Assembly: GCF_964204865.1 (NCBI RefSeq)
Contig: NC_135256.1
Location: 6,696,001-6,760,000 of the forward strand
Direction: 5' to 3'
Source of the DNA: Styela clava
Lineage: Eukaryota
Length of the DNA stretch: 64,000 nt
The notes beneath the pieces are model-generated. The model saw nothing but the letters and a program-made list of their open reading frames with translations. It was not told the DNA's origin and ran no database searches. Each line of letters opens with the position of its first letter. Within the stretch, counting starts at the first letter, position 1. This document shows, piece by piece, positions 59,941 to 64,000 of the stretch. Both the position numbers and the translations under genes were made by a program.

Positions 59941-61269
59941 ATTGCGTATTTCAGGTTTTTTATGTAAGGAATTCTGCGTTAAACTAATGCTAGAATAGTC
60001 ATCGAATCTGTTTTTTTTTACGATAAAAACTAAAGAGCAATGCTGAAATATATAAAGGCCTCACACGGGTGACCGAATACAGCGTTCAGGTACATAATAA
60101 AAAGTGTTTCCTTAAATTAAAATAAAACAAGAAAATTCTGAATAAATATCGCGACCCATAGCAGTCAAGAAATTTACAAAATTGACAATAACAGCCATCT
60201 AGAGATTTTTCTCCATTTCAGTACAAAACACTTGTAATCGATTTCAATCATCCAAGAAAAGCGTTTTTTCAACAGCAGCAATTGTACTTTAGGTTAAGGG
60301 TCCATATGTACACTTTGTGTATAATAACGTTTCACTAGTCAAGGATTAAATAAACAATAAAGCTTTAGAACAAATAAAATCAAAGTGCACAACAATTCTG
60401 TTTTAATGTGGCAGTGCACCAAAGTCTGATCTGGTATTTTAGATTAATCATTGGTAATCTTTATCATTCTACTGAATAAAAGAAGAATAAATAAAAATAT
60501 AAAACAAATCTGATGTCCCGGAAAAGACATCCTAAAATTAAAATTCTACGTTATAATACACAAACTCGTGCTCGGTTTCTCATCACTAAATTTGGAAAAC
60601 AGAATCAGATTTATACTCATAAAGCTACTTAGCTGACAACACCAAAATTCACTAACCACAAAGCACACACGTCTCTGTAAAACATGTTTTCAATGAGCAA
60701 GTTCTTATTTGCTGTTTTGAGGTTTTTTTATTGCACATTGTAACTGAAGAATGATATAACGTCACTAGTCATGCTGACCAAGGAAAACTTGTTCAAATGT
60801 TTTTTAGCTCTCAATTGTTGTAGTAATCTTTGTTTGAAGATAATAAAACTTGTTTTGTGCGGGTCGGTGTGCAGGACCGATTAAAGTCATATAGACTCCC
60901 GACCCTTGTGTATATGCTTTATATAAGCTCATTAGAGCATAATATAGTACCATGGGCGGAGGCAAATGATATTAAATAAAATATAAAGATAAAGAAATGA
61001 GTGAATGAATCAGCAATTCAAAGTTATTATGTAAGGTATTAAGAGGCAATTAAGGATTTTGAGAGGACATGTATTGGTGGAAGCCGATCGTGTCCAATGA
61101 AAGAATTTAAAAAAAATCATAGATTAAAAAAAAAATTTATTGGACACAGACTGGGATCACAAATGGAAAAATAGGGACAAGAAAATAATATCATCACAGA
61201 TTCAGTAATACAGTGCATGACGTTAAAGTATCATTCGACACCTTAATTGGTTTGCAGGGGAAAAAATAG

Positions 61270-61740
61270 CACCAACATTCATAAGTATTTATACATACTT
61301 GAAAAAGACTGGAATATTAATGTATGGTCCACAATTAAATATTCATTGCATCACTTTTTACACGATGAATTTTAACAATATGAATAATATACTAAATTAA
61401 TTTACGAAATAGAATTATGGAATAAACAGTGATAATCACTGAATACTATATAGTGGCTACCATTATTCATAAAGATTTATACATACTTGAAATAGAAATG
61501 AAATATTAATGTATGATCCACAAGTAAAAATGCAATTGATCACGCAGTTCAACACTTATTACACAATGAATTCTAACAAGGTAAAAAGGTTATTAAATTA
61601 ATTTATGAAAAGGCTACCAACAGTAATAAGTATTTATACATACTTGAAAGAGAAATGGAATATTGATGTATGATCCACAATTAAATATGCACAATTAGAT
61701 ATGCAATTGATATGCAGTTCATCACTTAATACACAATAAC
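61270..61740. repeat. Degenerate tandem repeat, 3 units of ~160-190 bp
   Basis: ATTTATACATACTTGAAA..GA..TG.AATATT.ATGTATG.TCCACAA recurs near 61287, 61475 and 61632. Confidence 0.8.
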
Positions 61741-62483
61741 TTAGCAGCTTAAAAAAGGCAATTACAGTATATTAAACAGAATTATACGAATCACATGGAC
61801 AGTACGGATAGTATGGATACGGTACATGGAAAACAAGAATTTTTCCATATTTTTATCGAAAGTATATGCTGAACAGTTTTTGATTTCGGGTGGTACAATG
61901 CTCCAGACCTGTACACCACTATATTTCAGAGATCTTTCTGAAACTCTGTGGCTACTTGAGGGGTAAAATGCGACTTCTTTTTTGGGGACCTGGTAGCGTA
62001 TTTATTAGTCCGGCGGATAAAAGGTAAAATCATACACTTTTGATGCAAGCATGAAACTTGGCACACATGTACAGTAGCATCCCCTGATCAATTTTGGATA
62101 TGATTCCACCCAAGAAAATACCTCGTTGCCATGGAAACGAGGTATCCTCCGTATTGCTATTAAAGTGAAAGAAACATTACTTTAGGATAGGATATTTTCA
62201 AGATAAGTAAACCGGTATGTATTTAAGAAGTAACGAATATGATCAGAAGTGCATTTTGACAATTCCCCTTGATAACAGAATACCTGGTTACCATGGAAAT
62301 GAGGTATCGTTATCGACAAACACTATTATTAGTCGCACAACCCGAACCCGAACCGAAACACAAATACTATGTTCATGTTGTGCGCCACCTTGGTGCGAGA
62401 ACAAAATAATAACATAACGATCCTTATATATACTTCGTTTCCAATAATTGATTGAAGTCCGATTGATTGAGGTACCACTAAGA

Positions 62484-63147
62484 CAGGGTGGGCAAAATAC
62501 AGCAACGCGGGCAAGATCCAGCTCGCCGAAGTATTTCATCCGGCCCACTTGTGCCTGTAGAATTTACGACTACAGTATATATAGATTTTATGGATAAAAA
62601 TTTGCGTTGAAACTAACGAGTCGTCGGCTAAGATATAGATAGACATGTATTATCTGCACCTGTAAATAATGTGGAAAGCCAGCCACCTATACCTAAAACT
62701 CATTGAAGATGACCCGATTGCTGCATGATGCTGTTTATTATATAAATTTTAGTCCTGGTTTGGACTTATTTTTTCACCAACATTCTCTCTGCAGCTGCCG
62801 TAATTTGCTAGCCACTGTAACAAATCCTTCAGTATGAGTGGGAAACGCAATGTGGATTCCGAATGACGTTTTTTATCAAGAAATGGAGAGACGTATTTTT
62901 TAAAGACAATATTCAACTGCCTGCTTAATTTGTAATGAAGGGTTTCCGGTGTTCGAAGAATATAACATTACGAGAATTTTTTTTTTTTTTCTGAACAAAA
63001 CATATATAAGACTTTCGCCAACAATTTTCGACACAAGAGCTTGAAATCAGGGCAGCAGATACGGTTATAAAGCTCACTTCACTTCATAGTCCACTAAGTC
63101 TATTATCTGTAACTGGACCCCCTCAGGAAAGTTATTTCCCGCATCTG
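62484..63147 (+). mobile_element. Internally deleted SPIN/Buster-type hAT element
   Basis: Terminus CAGGGTGGGCAAA after CACTAAGA; degenerate transposase start at 62834 (MSGKRNVDSE*..CLICNEGFPVFEEYNI). Right end approximate. Confidence 0.6.
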
Positions 63148-64000
63148 CTGGGGTAAGATAAACTACGTCGAGTAGAGAATATTTCCCTTTTCTTATTTCG
63201 GTCCATCAACCTGTCAAGATATAAGCCATAAAAATTGATTCCCATAATCTTATCTCAATCCTTGTACACATATTATTATTCCATAAATATTAAGGTCTTA
63301 AACCGCTATTCATTATATCAATCGGCCGAATTTATCACCGGTAAATAACGAATGTCAAAAACACATTTCCTGTGCACCGCGATTATAATCATTGTGACAG
63401 ATATAAAACAGTATGTTGCCTGGTATTCAATAGAATTGCAGTCTTATAAAATGTAGTGGAAATATTGAGGTTTGTTGGAGCTTAGTGCACACGATTTTCG
63501 AGAGGAAAGTAGTATTAAATGTCTATTGTTAATTGAATTCTGATTATTAGAAGGGCAATATAGATATTTACTATTTTCACATGACCCAGATAGCCAACGG
63601 CAATATATGGAAGAGTAGAATGTACCTAAAAGTTTGTTTCAAGAATCGAATTCAATTAGGCAATATATTTCATGCATTATAAGTGCTTTGTTTGAAGTAT
63701 ACATCTAAATAGTAAAATTGCTCCCACTGGTTATTGGGGAGTCATTGTGGAATATATTTTTGGAAAATATAATTATTTCAATCGTTTTTCTATTTATTTT
63801 TTATTGTAGCACTTACATAAGGCGACGTTAGATCTAAATTACAAGAATCAACGATTTCAGCCGAGTCTGAGCTGAAATGTAATGTAAGTTTTCCGTCTTC
63901 CACAGATTATCTGGCTGAGATTCTCCATGCCAGGGTTATGAGAATAATTTTTTTTCATTAATATATATGATGACGATATGATAGCTCCAAGATAACAATA

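Overview
AT-rich eukaryotic genomic DNA with GT-AG introns, probably from a tunicate/ascidian (inferred from gene content, not verified). Genes: (1) a 4-exon collectin-like gene (signal peptide, short collagen, coiled-coil neck, divergent C-type lectin domain) on the minus strand at 3520-6920; (2) a cluster of single-coding-exon orphan 7-transmembrane genes in two related subfamilies (A: three intact copies; B: one intact gene, one pseudogene, one partial duplicate) that lack DRY/NPxxY but share their own motifs (WxRQ, LFxxPL, FxxWxxxxxP); (3) two tail-to-tail 7-exon betaine-homocysteine methyltransferase (BHMT) paralogs at 45220-51788 (+) and 54671-59940 (-). Intergenic and intronic DNA is dense with mobile elements: many Buster/SPIN-type hAT MITEs with 8-bp TSDs (including a nested stack), a Chapaev3-like transposase relic, a Penelope-like GIY-YIG retroelement with ~490-bp inverted terminal repeats each carrying a minimal hammerhead ribozyme inside a BHMT intron, Helentron-associated (HINE/DINE-1-like) repeats, tRNA-derived SINEs and palindromic MITEs with TTAGGG motifs. 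The best candidate for an undescribed system is the rapidly duplicating orphan 7TM family with hypervariable extracellular loops, possibly co-duplicated with a decayed small secreted-protein gene. All exon coordinates were derived by hand; no database searches were run.
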